Source: a virus
Lineage: Duplodnaviria > Caudoviricetes
Strand: one strand, 5' to 3'
Virus record (IMG/VR): IMGVR_UViG_3300046528_000120
Location: 1-64,000 of that record
DNA: 64,000 nucleotides
Shown: one piece after another, positions 1 to 9,230 of the stretch
Layout: each line of letters opens with the position of its first letter
Numbering within the stretch: position 1 is the stretch's first letter
The notes under the pieces: generated by a model
Seen by the model: the letters and a program-made list of their open reading frames with translations, nothing else
What the model was told of the DNA's origin: nothing
The model's database searches: none
Program-made: the position numbers and the translations under genes

Positions 1-365
1 CTGCCACCGCCGCTGACGATGTCCAGGATGTCGACTACCAGGAAGCCCCGCCCGCGCGTGGCGCTCGTCCGGCGTCGTCGCGCCCGGCACCGGCAGCACG
101 CCCCGCCGCCCCGGCTCGCGCCGCCCCTCCGGCCCGCCGTGCGCCAGCCCGCGCACCCGCCCAGGAGACCATCGACCCGGATGATCTGCCGGACGCTGGC
201 GCCGAAGGCGAAGCACCGTGGCAGGACGACGCCCCCGCCGATCCGCCGCAGCGCACCGCCCGACAAGCGCCAGCCCGCCGCACGCCGGCACCTGCGCCGG
301 AACCGGCCGCAGCTCGCCCGGCCAACCCGGCAGCGCGCCGCGCCAACCTGCGCCGGGGCGGTTAA
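1..365 (+). CDS. 3' end of a truncated gene with a Pro/Ala/Arg- and Asp-rich disordered tail (possibly an ssDNA-binding protein)
   Basis: Frame 3 is open from the window start to TAA at 363-365 (…QETIDPDDLPDAGAEGEAPWQDD…RRANLRRGG*) with phage-like codon use. The product is guessed from position before the helicase and recA. Confidence 0.5.
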   Translation, partial: ATAADDVQDVDYQEAPPARGARPASSRPAPAARPAAPARAAPPARRAPARAPAQETIDPDDLPDAGAEGEAPWQDDAPADPPQRTARQAPARRTPAPAPEPAAARPANPAARRANLRRGG

Positions 366-368
366 GCA

Positions 369-2018
369 ATGCGCCCCGCGATTCTGTCCGGGGCGATGGC
401 AATCCCGCTGGAGCATGTCGATGTGCCCAGCATGACCAAGACCCTCACGGCGAAGCACATGCCGCTGGGGGCCGAGGTCGCAACCTTGGTTCAGGCGTAC
501 CAGATCGCCGAGGGCTACATCCGCGTGCCCCGGCAGTTTGGCCTGGACTATTGCCACCGCAAGAACATCCCTTTCGAGAACCACACCTCCGGTGGCTATG
601 AGGTGGCGTTCCCGCGCATCGCCACGCCGCGAGACTATCAGGTCGCGCCGCTGGCCGAGATCGTGGAGAACTTCGACAACTTCTTCGACTTCATCTTCCG
701 CGCCCACACCGGCTGGGGCAAGACCGCTGGTGCCCTCATTGTCGCCGGCCAGCTCGGCACAACCACGCTGGTGATCGTCGACCAGGACAACCTGAAAGAG
801 CAATGGCTGGAAGCGCTCGACAAGCATTGCGGCATGACCCTGGCTAACGGCCATGTCGGCTTGGTGCAGGGCGACCGCTGTGACTACGAAGACAAGAGCG
901 TGGTCATCGCCATGGTGCAGACGCTATCGCAGCGCCAGTACGAACAGGCCTTCTACGACTACTTCGGCTTCGTGATCTTCGACGAGGTTCATACGGTCGG
1001 CGCACCCACGTTTTCCGTGGTATTACTGGACTTCCCGGCGATGTACCGCCTCGGTGTATCCGCTACCCCCAAGCGCAAGGACGCGCTGCAAAAACTGCTG
1101 GATTACAGCCTTGGCAAAGTGCGGGTTGCCGCAGACAAGGAGCACGAATGGTCGGCCGTGTACGTGCGCACCCGCGAGACGGTCTACTCGTGGTACGGCA
1201 ATGTCTCCAAGATGGTCGGTCGCATTGTCAACGAAGTGACCGAAGACCCGATCCATAATCTCGGCGTCGCCCAGGATGCCTTAGACCTGTACGAGACCGG
1301 TCGAGATGGGTTAATATTGTCGGACCGCATCGAGCAGTTGAAGCACCTGATTTCCTTGCTGTACTACCTCGGCGCAGACCCCGAACAGCTCGGCCTGTAT
1401 GCGGGCTACAGTTTGAACTACCGCTATGCGAAAGACGCCAAACCGGCGCGCCGCCCGAACGACTTGGCTATCCATGACGAGACCGGGAAGGCTGAGTACA
1501 CCCCTGTTAAATTGCAATTGATTTCAAAGCGGATGCCGACGAAAGAACTAGCGCGAATCAAGATCAGCGCCGGCATGCTCTTCGGCACCTATGGGAAGTG
1601 CGGCAAAGGCTTCGATGAACCCCGACTCCTGTTCGGCATCGACGCTTCGCCGCGCAGTGAAGTTGAACAAATTCATGGTCGTATTCTGCGAGACCGCACC
1701 GGCAAGATGCCGATCTGGGTGACGACCCGCTTTGTGAACAGCTACCGCTTGCTGCATGGTTTTGCCCAGCGCATCGCCGGCTACCTGAAGAGCAACGGGC
1801 GTATCTACGAATGGACCGAAGATGGAGAATTACTGGAATGCCACGAGAACGAGGTGATAGCCGACGCCCGCGCGCGCAGTCGCGAGCTGAGGGAGTGCCA
1901 GATCGAAACACGATCAGACGGGCTGTATATGCTTCAGACGAAGGCCAGCGCGAGACGCAGCGAGAGGCAGCGCGTGCTAGAAGCCGTCGAGAAAATCCAC
2001 TCCCGCAATCGCGGTTGA
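369..2018 (+). CDS. Superfamily 2 (DExH) DNA helicase
   Basis: Q-motif PRDYQ, Walker A AHTGWGKT, Walker B DEVH, motif III SAT, motif VI EQIHGRILR. Confidence 0.9.
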   Translation: MRPAILSGAMAIPLEHVDVPSMTKTLTAKHMPLGAEVATLVQAYQIAEGYIRVPRQFGLDYCHRKNIPFENHTSGGYEVAFPRIATPRDYQVAPLAEIVENFDNFFDFIFRAHTGWGKTAGALIVAGQLGTTTLVIVDQDNLKEQWLEALDKHCGMTLANGHVGLVQGDRCDYEDKSVVIAMVQTLSQRQYEQAFYDYFGFVIFDEVHTVGAPTFSVVLLDFPAMYRLGVSATPKRKDALQKLLDYSLGKVRVAADKEHEWSAVYVRTRETVYSWYGNVSKMVGRIVNEVTEDPIHNLGVAQDALDLYETGRDGLILSDRIEQLKHLISLLYYLGADPEQLGLYAGYSLNYRYAKDAKPARRPNDLAIHDETGKAEYTPVKLQLISKRMPTKELARIKISAGMLFGTYGKCGKGFDEPRLLFGIDASPRSEVEQIHGRILRDRTGKMPIWVTTRFVNSYRLLHGFAQRIAGYLKSNGRIYEWTEDGELLECHENEVIADARARSRELRECQIETRSDGLYMLQTKASARRSERQRVLEAVEKIHSRNRG

Positions 2019-2380
2019 GCCATGGCGTACTCGCGCGCGGAACTGAACGCGAGCTGGTAGCCCCTGGCCGGAGCCGAGCGCGTACCATGGAAAGCTATAC
2101 AGTCCCGGAAGCCGCGCAGGCCCTGGGGCGGTCGCTTTCCAACTTCCGCCGATGGCTGGAGAACGAGATCATCCCGGCCCCGGTCCTGTCCGATACCGGG
2201 CGCTCGTACGCCTGCTATTGCGCCGGGGAGTTGGAGATCATCGCCGAAGAGCTGCGCGAGCATGAACGCAATTTCGTCAGCCTGTGCGCTTCGCACGTCG
2301 ATACGATCTTGCGCATCAGCCAGCGCATCCACGGCTTCCGTGCTACCGAATTTGAACAAGGACACACGAGGACGAGATGA
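1838..2380 (+). CDS. HTH (MerR/Xis-like) DNA-binding protein; start uncertain (1838 or 2087)
   Basis: YTVPEAAQALGRSLSNFRRWLENEIIPAP is an HTH signature; GGAG precedes ATG 1838. Confidence 0.65.
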   Translation: MPRERGDSRRPRAQSRAEGVPDRNTIRRAVYASDEGQRETQREAARARSRRENPLPQSRLSHGVLARGTERELVAPGRSRARTMESYTVPEAAQALGRSLSNFRRWLENEIIPAPVLSDTGRSYACYCAGELEIIAEELREHERNFVSLCASHVDTILRISQRIHGFRATEFEQGHTRTR

Positions 2381-2823
2381 ACGCACCCCGCCGCATGACC
2401 CCGCGCCCGACGACGCCGGCCGCCACCGCTGGACAGCCACCCCGCCGCGCCCAGCGCGTACCGCTCAGCACGCCCGCTGCCGCCCCTACCCAGGTAGTGA
2501 ACGGCGAGCGTACGATCCGCACCGAGACCCGCCAGGGCCGCAACGTCGTCAGTGAGAGCAGTCGCACCCAGACGATCCCGCGCGAGTACCCTGCCGGCGC
2601 CCTCGGCGAAATCCGCGTGTCGCACGGTCGCACCATCAAGACCGGTGACTTTGAATCTGTGCGCGTCGATGTCTCGGTGACGCTGCCGTGCGACCCGAAC
2701 GCCGTGCAAGAGACTATCGCTGAAGCGCACGATCATGTTGTCGATGCCTTCATCGCAGAAGAAGAGTACCTGATAGGGTACGCCAACCCCACCCCGGCAC
2801 GCCGGGGAAGCCGTCGAGGATAA
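2377..2823 (+). CDS. Conserved phage hypothetical protein
   Basis: ATGA-coupled to the upstream gene; TIKTGDFESVRVDVSVTLP resembles a recurring phage replication-region family. Confidence 0.7.
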   Translation: MNAPRRMTPRPTTPAATAGQPPRRAQRVPLSTPAAAPTQVVNGERTIRTETRQGRNVVSESSRTQTIPREYPAGALGEIRVSHGRTIKTGDFESVRVDVSVTLPCDPNAVQETIAEAHDHVVDAFIAEEEYLIGYANPTPARRGSRRG

Positions 2824-2829
2824 GAACCA

Positions 2830-4017
2830 ATGAACGCACCTGCACGTAAAACCCGAGGGCGCCCGCCCGGCTCTGGCAAGAAAGGCGCCGCTGCCGCTAC
2901 TACCACCGACGCTGCCGCCAGCGGCACAACCGAGATCGCGCAACTGCAAGCCGCCATGCAGAAGCGCTACGGTGCCTCCATCGTCACGCGCGGCTCCGAC
3001 ATCCCGCAGCCGTGGCGTATCCCGCTCAACATCTTCTCGTTCGACCTCGCCACCCTGGGCGGCATCTTCCACAACCGCGTCAACCAGTTCAGCGGCGTGA
3101 AGCATTCCGGCAAGACCACCGCCGCGCTGAAGGCGATCAAGGGCGCGCAGCAGTCCATGCCCGACCAGCAAGTGGCCATGGCTGACATAGAGGGCACCTT
3201 CGACGAGACCTGGGCCGGCAAGAACGGCGTCAACACGGCCGAACTCCTGGTGACCCAGCCCGAGACCGGTGAGCAAGCGGTCGACATCTGCGAGGCCCTG
3301 GTCCGTACGCGCGAGATCAGCCTTGTCGTGGTCGACTCGATTGCAGCCCTGACCCCGACCCAGTTCATCGAGAACTCGGCGGAAGACCCGACCCAGCCCG
3401 GCACGCAGGCGCGCCTGATGTCGAAGTTCATGCTGAAGATCAGTTCGGCCCTGATCGCCGAGCGCCGCCGTGGGCACTACGTCTCCCTCCTGGTCATCAA
3501 CAACCTGACCAGCAAGATAGGCGGCTGGGCACCACCCGGCCAGGAAGCGGTACAGAACGCGGGCGGCAAGAAGCTGGGCTACACCAACTCGCTCGAAGTG
3601 AAGTTCAAGAACAAGGAGAACACTTCCAAGGTGGACGGCATGGAGCTGCTTTCGTTCAACGAGCACAGCTTCAAGATCGAGAAGAACAAGTGCAACGGCG
3701 GCCTGCGCGATGGCGAGTATCAGATGCTGCGCCAGGACTCCGACATCTACCCGTTGTACGAGACCGACATTGACGACGCCCCCGCCATGCTCGCGCACGC
3801 CAAGCGCCGAGGCTTCTATACCGGTGGCGGCAAGTCGTGGAAGCTGTCGATCCCCGAATTCGAGTACACCTTCCAGAACGCCGACGAAGCGATCATGTAC
3901 CTGTACGAGAACCGCGAAATCTATTGGAAGCTCCGCTGCTACCTCATCGCCGACCACGCTGCGCGCCTGGGCATGAAGCAGGACTTCGTCGATTACATCA
4001 TGTCGGGAGCCTACTGA
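2830..4017 (+). CDS. recA: RecA/UvsX-like recombinase
   Basis: Walker A GVKHSGKTT, DIEG, QPETGEQA, LVVVDSIAAL, QARLMS, GGKKL, KNK. Confidence 0.95.
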   Translation: MNAPARKTRGRPPGSGKKGAAAATTTDAAASGTTEIAQLQAAMQKRYGASIVTRGSDIPQPWRIPLNIFSFDLATLGGIFHNRVNQFSGVKHSGKTTAALKAIKGAQQSMPDQQVAMADIEGTFDETWAGKNGVNTAELLVTQPETGEQAVDICEALVRTREISLVVVDSIAALTPTQFIENSAEDPTQPGTQARLMSKFMLKISSALIAERRRGHYVSLLVINNLTSKIGGWAPPGQEAVQNAGGKKLGYTNSLEVKFKNKENTSKVDGMELLSFNEHSFKIEKNKCNGGLRDGEYQMLRQDSDIYPLYETDIDDAPAMLAHAKRRGFYTGGGKSWKLSIPEFEYTFQNADEAIMYLYENREIYWKLRCYLIADHAARLGMKQDFVDYIMSGAY

Positions 4018-4018
4018 A

Positions 4019-4507
4019 GTGAAATTGATTGCAACAGACTTGATCATCGCTGGCACCGGTCACCGGCCTCAGAAGCTGGGTGGGTTCACCCGCGCCGTCG
4101 AGGACCGCCTGTTCAATCTTGCTATGCACCACCTGGGCAATCTCGCGCCTACAACCGTTATTACGGGGATGGCCCTTGGCTGGGATACGGCTATCGCCGA
4201 AGCGGCGTACTGCCTCGACATTCCCTACCGCGCCTACATTCCCTTTGTCGGCCAGGAGTCGCGCTGGTCTGCCCCCGCGCAGAAGCTGTACCATAACATC
4301 CTGAAATATGCCGCAGAGGTAGTCGAGGTAGAGGAACCCGGCTACGCCGCCTGGAAGATGCTCAGCCGCGACCGACGTATGGTTGACGACAGCCATAAGA
4401 TGCTGGCGCTCTGGGATGGCTCCGAGAGCAGCGGCACCGGCAAGACAGTAGAATACGCCCTATCAAGAAACAAGGAAGTAATCAATCTCTGGAGTGAATA
4501 TGCCTGA
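4019..4507 (+). CDS. YspA/DUF1273-like SLOG family protein
   Basis: AGTGHRPQKL, ITGMALGWD, RDRRMVD, LALWDG…SGTGKTVEYA. Confidence 0.85.
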   Translation: MKLIATDLIIAGTGHRPQKLGGFTRAVEDRLFNLAMHHLGNLAPTTVITGMALGWDTAIAEAAYCLDIPYRAYIPFVGQESRWSAPAQKLYHNILKYAAEVVEVEEPGYAAWKMLSRDRRMVDDSHKMLALWDGSESSGTGKTVEYALSRNKEVINLWSEYA

Positions 4508-4700
4508 ACACAAACAGCAGGTTACCCCGGTCAAGGCCAGCTATACCTGCGACAAATGCGGTCTGGGCGAGATGCGACACAACCCGCCCAAGGTCAGCGT
4601 ATGGCCGTGCGAGCCGGGTGCGCCGCACAAGTGCACCAACCCGGATTGCAATCAATTGCAAGACCTGCCAACCGTCTACCCGCACATCCGCTATGAGTGA
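4500..4700 (+). CDS. Small Zn-ribbon protein
   Basis: CDKC…HKCTNPDC; overlaps both neighbours in operon fashion. Confidence 0.6.
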   Translation: MPEHKQQVTPVKASYTCDKCGLGEMRHNPPKVSVWPCEPGAPHKCTNPDCNQLQDLPTVYPHIRYE

Positions 4701-5070
4701 CAGTTCAAACCCGATGCTCCGGCGCCTGGAGCGAACCAAGAACCTGAGCGGGTCGCATCGCCGCGCCCCGAAGCAGGAACGCGAACTCGCCAAGTCGCTT
4801 CGTGGTTCCCTCACCCCGGCCAGCGGCGCGCGCGATACCAAGGGCGACGTGCGCATCAAGGGCATCGCCAGGATCGAGGCCAAGACCACCAAGAACAAGA
4901 GCTATTCGCTGACCGTCGAGACCGTGCACAAGATTGAGGAAGCCGCCACTAAGTCGGCCGAGGTGCCGGTCATCGTGATCGAGTTCAATGACGGCCAGGG
5001 CAAGAAGCTGCACGAGTTGGCGGTCATGCCGATGTACGCCCTGCAAACCTTAATCGACAACCAGAAATGA
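4693..5070 (+). CDS. PD-(D/E)XK nuclease, Holliday junction resolvase-like
   Basis: KQERELAK…TPASGA…KGDV…IEAKTT. Confidence 0.75.
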   Translation: MSDSSNPMLRRLERTKNLSGSHRRAPKQERELAKSLRGSLTPASGARDTKGDVRIKGIARIEAKTTKNKSYSLTVETVHKIEEAATKSAEVPVIVIEFNDGQGKKLHELAVMPMYALQTLIDNQK

Positions 5071-6011
5071 ACGTACGCCGCAACCCACGCACCCCGGTGG
5101 TACGCAAGCTCGCCGCCGCCGTCCAGACCACGGCGCTGCCGCAAATTGCGATCAAAATTCCACGTAACGCCAAGGTTGAATGCCCGACAGACGAGCACCT
5201 GATCGGCGACATCCTGAAGGCAACTCCGCGCCTGCGCCGGCCGCCGCGCCGTGATGGCTACATGCACGTCTCCGACCTGATCGGTAAGGGCAAGTGCTCG
5301 CGCAAGATCGCCATTGCCGCCAAGTACGGCACCCCGGTGCGGCCGAGCCGGCTGTCGATCTTCGACCGCGTCGTCTACGCCATCGGCGACGCCATCCATG
5401 ACACCATCAAGAAGATCGCCACCGAGGGCGCGCCTGATCGTGTCTGGGGTAAATGGAAATGCCAGTGCGGCCACCTCTACCACGAAGAGCCGTGCTTGCA
5501 ATCCGAGATCGACCCAGAGGACATCTGCGAGCTGTGCCACACCGGTTCGGTGTACTACCAGGAAGTCTCCATCTTCAATGATGAATACAACATCGTGGGC
5601 AACCCCGACTTGTTGCTATACCTTTCCGAAGTCGACGCATTCCATGTGACTGAATTGAAATCAATTGCACATGAGGCCTGGGCCGAGTTGGTCCGCCCCT
5701 TACCCGAGCACGTCTTGCAAGTCATCTTCTATTGGTTCCTGATGGCAATGGCCGGCTACCGCCTGACCGACCGCATCTCGGTCGTGTATATCACCAAGGG
5801 CTACCAGTTCAAGGGCGACGCCCATAAGGAATTCATGCTCGACCCGACCAAGGAGCTGCACCGCCTCTTGCCGTACCTGGAAGACGCGCGCGCCGCCAAG
5901 CTCTCGGCCACTGAGGAACGCTACCCGGCCCGCAAGCTGTGCAGCAATGAGTTCTCGACCCTCGCCAAGAAGTGCGAAGTCTGCACAACCTGTTTCGCTC
6001 TCCCAGGATAA
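5067..6011 (+). CDS. Cas4/RecB-like PD-(D/E)XK exonuclease with Fe-S cysteines
   Basis: HVSDL…CSRK, GDAIHD, GNPD, ELKS, HVLQVIFY, C-terminal C…CEVC…C. Confidence 0.8.
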   Translation: MNVRRNPRTPVVRKLAAAVQTTALPQIAIKIPRNAKVECPTDEHLIGDILKATPRLRRPPRRDGYMHVSDLIGKGKCSRKIAIAAKYGTPVRPSRLSIFDRVVYAIGDAIHDTIKKIATEGAPDRVWGKWKCQCGHLYHEEPCLQSEIDPEDICELCHTGSVYYQEVSIFNDEYNIVGNPDLLLYLSEVDAFHVTELKSIAHEAWAELVRPLPEHVLQVIFYWFLMAMAGYRLTDRISVVYITKGYQFKGDAHKEFMLDPTKELHRLLPYLEDARAAKLSATEERYPARKLCSNEFSTLAKKCEVCTTCFALPG

Positions 6012-6013
6012 GC

Positions 6014-6691
6014 ATGCGTGTTCTCCGCACCCCGCCGGCCCCGCGCCGGCCCGCCCGCATCATCCGCGCCGCGCCAGTCGCCCAGGTCCGCGTGCTCGGT
6101 ATTGATGCAAGTCTAAGTTCGACCGGCTACGCCTACCGCTACCGTGGCGCCGTAGTCACAGGCTCGATCCCTACTAAGAAGATGTCGGGAATGGCGCGCC
6201 TGGAGCATGTCCGTTCTATGCTGGAGCAGATTGCCGACCGTTGCCAACCAACCTTTATTGTTTTGGAGGACTACGCCAAGGGTAAAGGCGGCCTGGGGCG
6301 CACGTTCGACATCGGCGAACTAGGCGGCATCATCAAACATTATTTCTTCCTGCGCGGAATTGATGTTATGCTTGTCTCACCGACGACGTTGAAGATGGCA
6401 ATCACAGGGCGTGGCAATGCCGACGCCGCCCAGGCCGTCGCGGGCAGGAAGACCAAAGTAAAAGACAAAACCAAACCGGAGATGCGCGCCGCGCTGCGGA
6501 ACACGTTCGGCATCGTCACCGACCAGGGCGACGAAGCGGACGCCGCTGGCCTCATGCTACTTGGCGAGATACGCCAGAGCGCCGGCACCGTTCCGCGCTC
6601 GGTTCAGTCCAAGCTGCGGCTTCACTCTTTACGCGATTGCGTTATTATTCAGTCGTCGCAACGAACTTTGAAATTGATTGCAGCGAGATAG
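6014..6691 (+). CDS. RuvC-like Holliday junction resolvase
   Basis: VLGIDASLSSTG, VLED, GELGG, PTTLKMAITGRGNA, DEADA. Confidence 0.85.
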   Translation: MRVLRTPPAPRRPARIIRAAPVAQVRVLGIDASLSSTGYAYRYRGAVVTGSIPTKKMSGMARLEHVRSMLEQIADRCQPTFIVLEDYAKGKGGLGRTFDIGELGGIIKHYFFLRGIDVMLVSPTTLKMAITGRGNADAAQAVAGRKTKVKDKTKPEMRAALRNTFGIVTDQGDEADAAGLMLLGEIRQSAGTVPRSVQSKLRLHSLRDCVIIQSSQRTLKLIAAR

Positions 6692-6702
6692 ATTCAACTG
6701 AG

Positions 6703-6732
6703 TTGCAGCAAAACGAGAAATTCAAGTAATAT
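6703..6732 (+). promoter_or_regulatory. Putative sigma70-like promoter
   Basis: TTGCAG-18 bp-TAATAT upstream of the H1-like gene; same geometry as 50548 and 58663. Confidence 0.4.
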
Positions 6733-6793
6733 GCAGTCCTCGGCTAACGAATCACCTGGAACAACTTTTTAAACCTCTACTTGGGATACCACC

Positions 6794-8161
6794 ATGGCAA
6801 CCGCAAACAAAGCAGCCCCGAAAGCAGCAGCAAAGACCACCGCAACCAAGCCGGCCGCAAAAGCTGCACCGGCAGCAAAAACAGCTCCGGCAGCTAAAGC
6901 CGCCCCAGCCGCTAAGCCCGCAGCAAAAGCTGCTCCGGCCCCGGCAGCAAAGCCGGCCGCGAAGCCCGCCGCGAAAGCCGCACCGAAAGCCGCCGCCGAG
7001 CCGGCCGTGCCCGATACCCTGGACGTTGGCGTCGTCGTCCTCTTCAACGGCTACGATGCCGAGACCCCGGAGGCCGAGCGCCTGATCCCGGACGGCCACC
7101 GCGCCGAAATCCTCGAAGTGGTCCCGGACGAGAACCCGGAAAACACCAGCTACGTCATCCGCGTGCCGAACCCCGACTTCAACCCGGGAGTGGCCGAAGA
7201 CGACGCCACCAACCCGGCCGAAATCGAAACCTCGGCATTCGGCTTCGAGCTGACCATCGACGGAGACCAGACCCCGGTCAACGCCGGCGCCGCCCCGGTC
7301 GAGACCCCGGCCGCTGAGCCGGTCAAGAACGGCCGCAAGAAAGTCGCCGCTGCCAAGACCACCGCAGTCGAGACGCAGGAACAGCCGGCCAGCGATGAAC
7401 TGCCGGAACTGGCGCAGGAAGACGAAAACGTCCTCGCCCTCGTCGCCGAAGCCGAGCAAGTCGAAGGCGGTCTGGTCGGTATCGCCCAGGGCCTGGAACT
7501 GGACATCGAAACCAAGAACTTCCAGCTCGGCGGCGTCCTGTACCACATCAAGCGCGACGGCTCCTACAAGGAACTGGACGAGCGCTATGCGGAAGCCAAG
7601 GGCTTCGATGCCTTCGTCGCTGACCACTTCGGCTTCTCGTACCGCAAGGCGATGAACCTGATCGACATCTACGTCGCCTTCAACCAGCTCGGCATCGAAG
7701 ACGCCGGCAACGTGGTCGCCGAGATCGGCTGGACCAAGGCCTCGAAGCTCGCCGTTGCGATGGACGACGAGAACGCCCTGGAACTGATCGAACTGGCCCG
7801 CAACAACACCGTCGAAGGCCTGACCGATGCGATCAAGTCGGCCAGCGTCGAAGTCGGCGGCACGCCGGGCGAGAAGAAAACCCGCGTCACCATGAAGTTC
7901 CGCTTCTGGGAAGACGAAGGCAAGGCCCTGGAAGACACCATCAAGGAAGTCCAGGAAGCCCAGGGCCTCAAGACCCCGGACGAAGCGTTCGCCTTCATCG
8001 TGACCGAGTTCAAGATGGCCCAGGGCGGCGAAGCCCCGGTCACCGAAGCCCCGGCCCAGGTCGCCCCGGCAACCCGCGCTGGCGCCGCCCGCCCGGCAGC
8101 GAAAGCAGCAGCGAAGCCGGCAGCGCGTCCGGCACGTCAAGCCGCGACCGCCGCCGCCTAA
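6794..8161 (+). CDS. DNA-binding protein with histone H1-like PAAK tails and a DUF3102-like helical domain
   Basis: N- and C-terminal (K/P)AAK repeats; central LGGVLYHIK…GFDAFVADHFGFSYRKAMNLIDIY; strongly biased codon use. Confidence 0.75.
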   Translation: MATANKAAPKAAAKTTATKPAAKAAPAAKTAPAAKAAPAAKPAAKAAPAPAAKPAAKPAAKAAPKAAAEPAVPDTLDVGVVVLFNGYDAETPEAERLIPDGHRAEILEVVPDENPENTSYVIRVPNPDFNPGVAEDDATNPAEIETSAFGFELTIDGDQTPVNAGAAPVETPAAEPVKNGRKKVAAAKTTAVETQEQPASDELPELAQEDENVLALVAEAEQVEGGLVGIAQGLELDIETKNFQLGGVLYHIKRDGSYKELDERYAEAKGFDAFVADHFGFSYRKAMNLIDIYVAFNQLGIEDAGNVVAEIGWTKASKLAVAMDDENALELIELARNNTVEGLTDAIKSASVEVGGTPGEKKTRVTMKFRFWEDEGKALEDTIKEVQEAQGLKTPDEAFAFIVTEFKMAQGGEAPVTEAPAQVAPATRAGAARPAAKAAAKPAARPARQAATAAA

Positions 8162-8185
8162 TCGGCCAGTAGTGCAGTAACCAGG

Positions 8186-8221
8186 ATGGGGGCGCTCTTC
8201 GCGGGGCGCTCCCATTTTTTA
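8186..8221 (+). terminator. Rho-independent terminator
   Basis: ATGGGGGCGCTC-loop-GGGCGCTCCCAT followed by a T run. Confidence 0.65.
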
Positions 8222-8239
8222 CGTCTAGGAGATTTCCAC

Positions 8240-9001
8240 ATGGCAACCAGTGCCCGTACCCCACATACCACGCGCGCCCCGGCGCGCTCTGCAATCAATC
8301 GCAACGCTGCTGCCGCTGCGGTCGCATCGACCGTGACCCCGCCAGACTGGGCGCGCCGTCGCCTTGAAATCCAGTATCTCGCCATCGACGACATCGTGCC
8401 GTACGAATGGAACCCGCGCGACAATGCCGAAGCGGTCGCCGCCGTCGCCAACTCGATCCGCCTGACCGAAGGCTTTGGTATGCCTATCGTCGTGGACGCC
8501 GATAACGTCATCATCGCCGGCCATACCCGCGTCGAGGCCGCGAAAGTCCTGGGCCTCCTGGAAGTCCCGGTGGTCCGCCTTGACCACCTCAGCCCCGAAG
8601 CCGTCGCCGCCTTCCGTATCGTCGACAACAAGGTGGCCGAGCAAGCCCGGTGGGACTTCGACATGCTCGCGTCCGAACTCGGCAAGCTGCGCGATAGCGG
8701 CATCGAGTTCACCGATTACGGCTTCAGCCAAGGCGAGCTGGATTGCATGTCGCAGATCGTTGCCGAAGATTGCCTGTCCGTTACCCAGTTGACCCCGGTC
8801 GCTGAGGAAGCCACCGCCGCCCACGTCGCCGCCCAGGGCACGCGCGCCCCGACCCGTACCCGCATTGTGGTCGGTGAGATGGTGCAATTCGTCGACGCCC
8901 CGGTCTACCGGAGCTGGATGAACGGTATCCGTGAGCTGTGCAACTTCGACGAGGCCGCGATCAACGCCGAACTGCGCCGCCGCCTCGGCATTCCAGGGTA
9001 A
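8240..9001 (+). CDS. ParB/Srx N-terminal domain protein
   Basis: IVPYEWNPR…GFGMPIVVD…IIAGHTRVEAA…AFRIVDNK…WDFDML; AGGAG RBS. Confidence 0.88.
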   Translation: MATSARTPHTTRAPARSAINRNAAAAAVASTVTPPDWARRRLEIQYLAIDDIVPYEWNPRDNAEAVAAVANSIRLTEGFGMPIVVDADNVIIAGHTRVEAAKVLGLLEVPVVRLDHLSPEAVAAFRIVDNKVAEQARWDFDMLASELGKLRDSGIEFTDYGFSQGELDCMSQIVAEDCLSVTQLTPVAEEATAAHVAAQGTRAPTRTRIVVGEMVQFVDAPVYRSWMNGIRELCNFDEAAINAELRRRLGIPG

Positions 9002-9005
9002 CTCG

Positions 9006-9230
9006 ATGTTCCGCCTATTCGCCCTCTCGGTGCTGCGCTTGCCCTACCTCTTCCTGCTGTGCCCGATTATCTTCGCGCTCCGCAGGATCGGTGCCATGTG
9101 CATCACCGTCGAGGCCTGGGCGCACCGCACGCATGACAAGGTCCAGTCCCACGCCATGCGCTTCATCGACCGCGCCCAAGCTGATCTCAAACTCCTGAAG
9201 GAAAAGAGCAATGCGCACCGTACGCCGTAA
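9006..9230 (+). CDS. Small hydrophobic hypothetical protein
   Basis: Fills the gap between the ParB genes; hydrophobic N-terminus. Confidence 0.45.
   Translation: MFRLFALSVLRLPYLFLLCPIIFALRRIGAMCITVEAWAHRTHDKVQSHAMRFIDRAQADLKLLKEKSNAHRTP

Noticed and set aside
5067-6011. Cas4-like nuclease as evidence of a CRISPR-Cas system
   Set aside because: No other cas genes or repeat-spacer array are present; stand-alone Cas4-like exonucleases are common in phage recombination modules.
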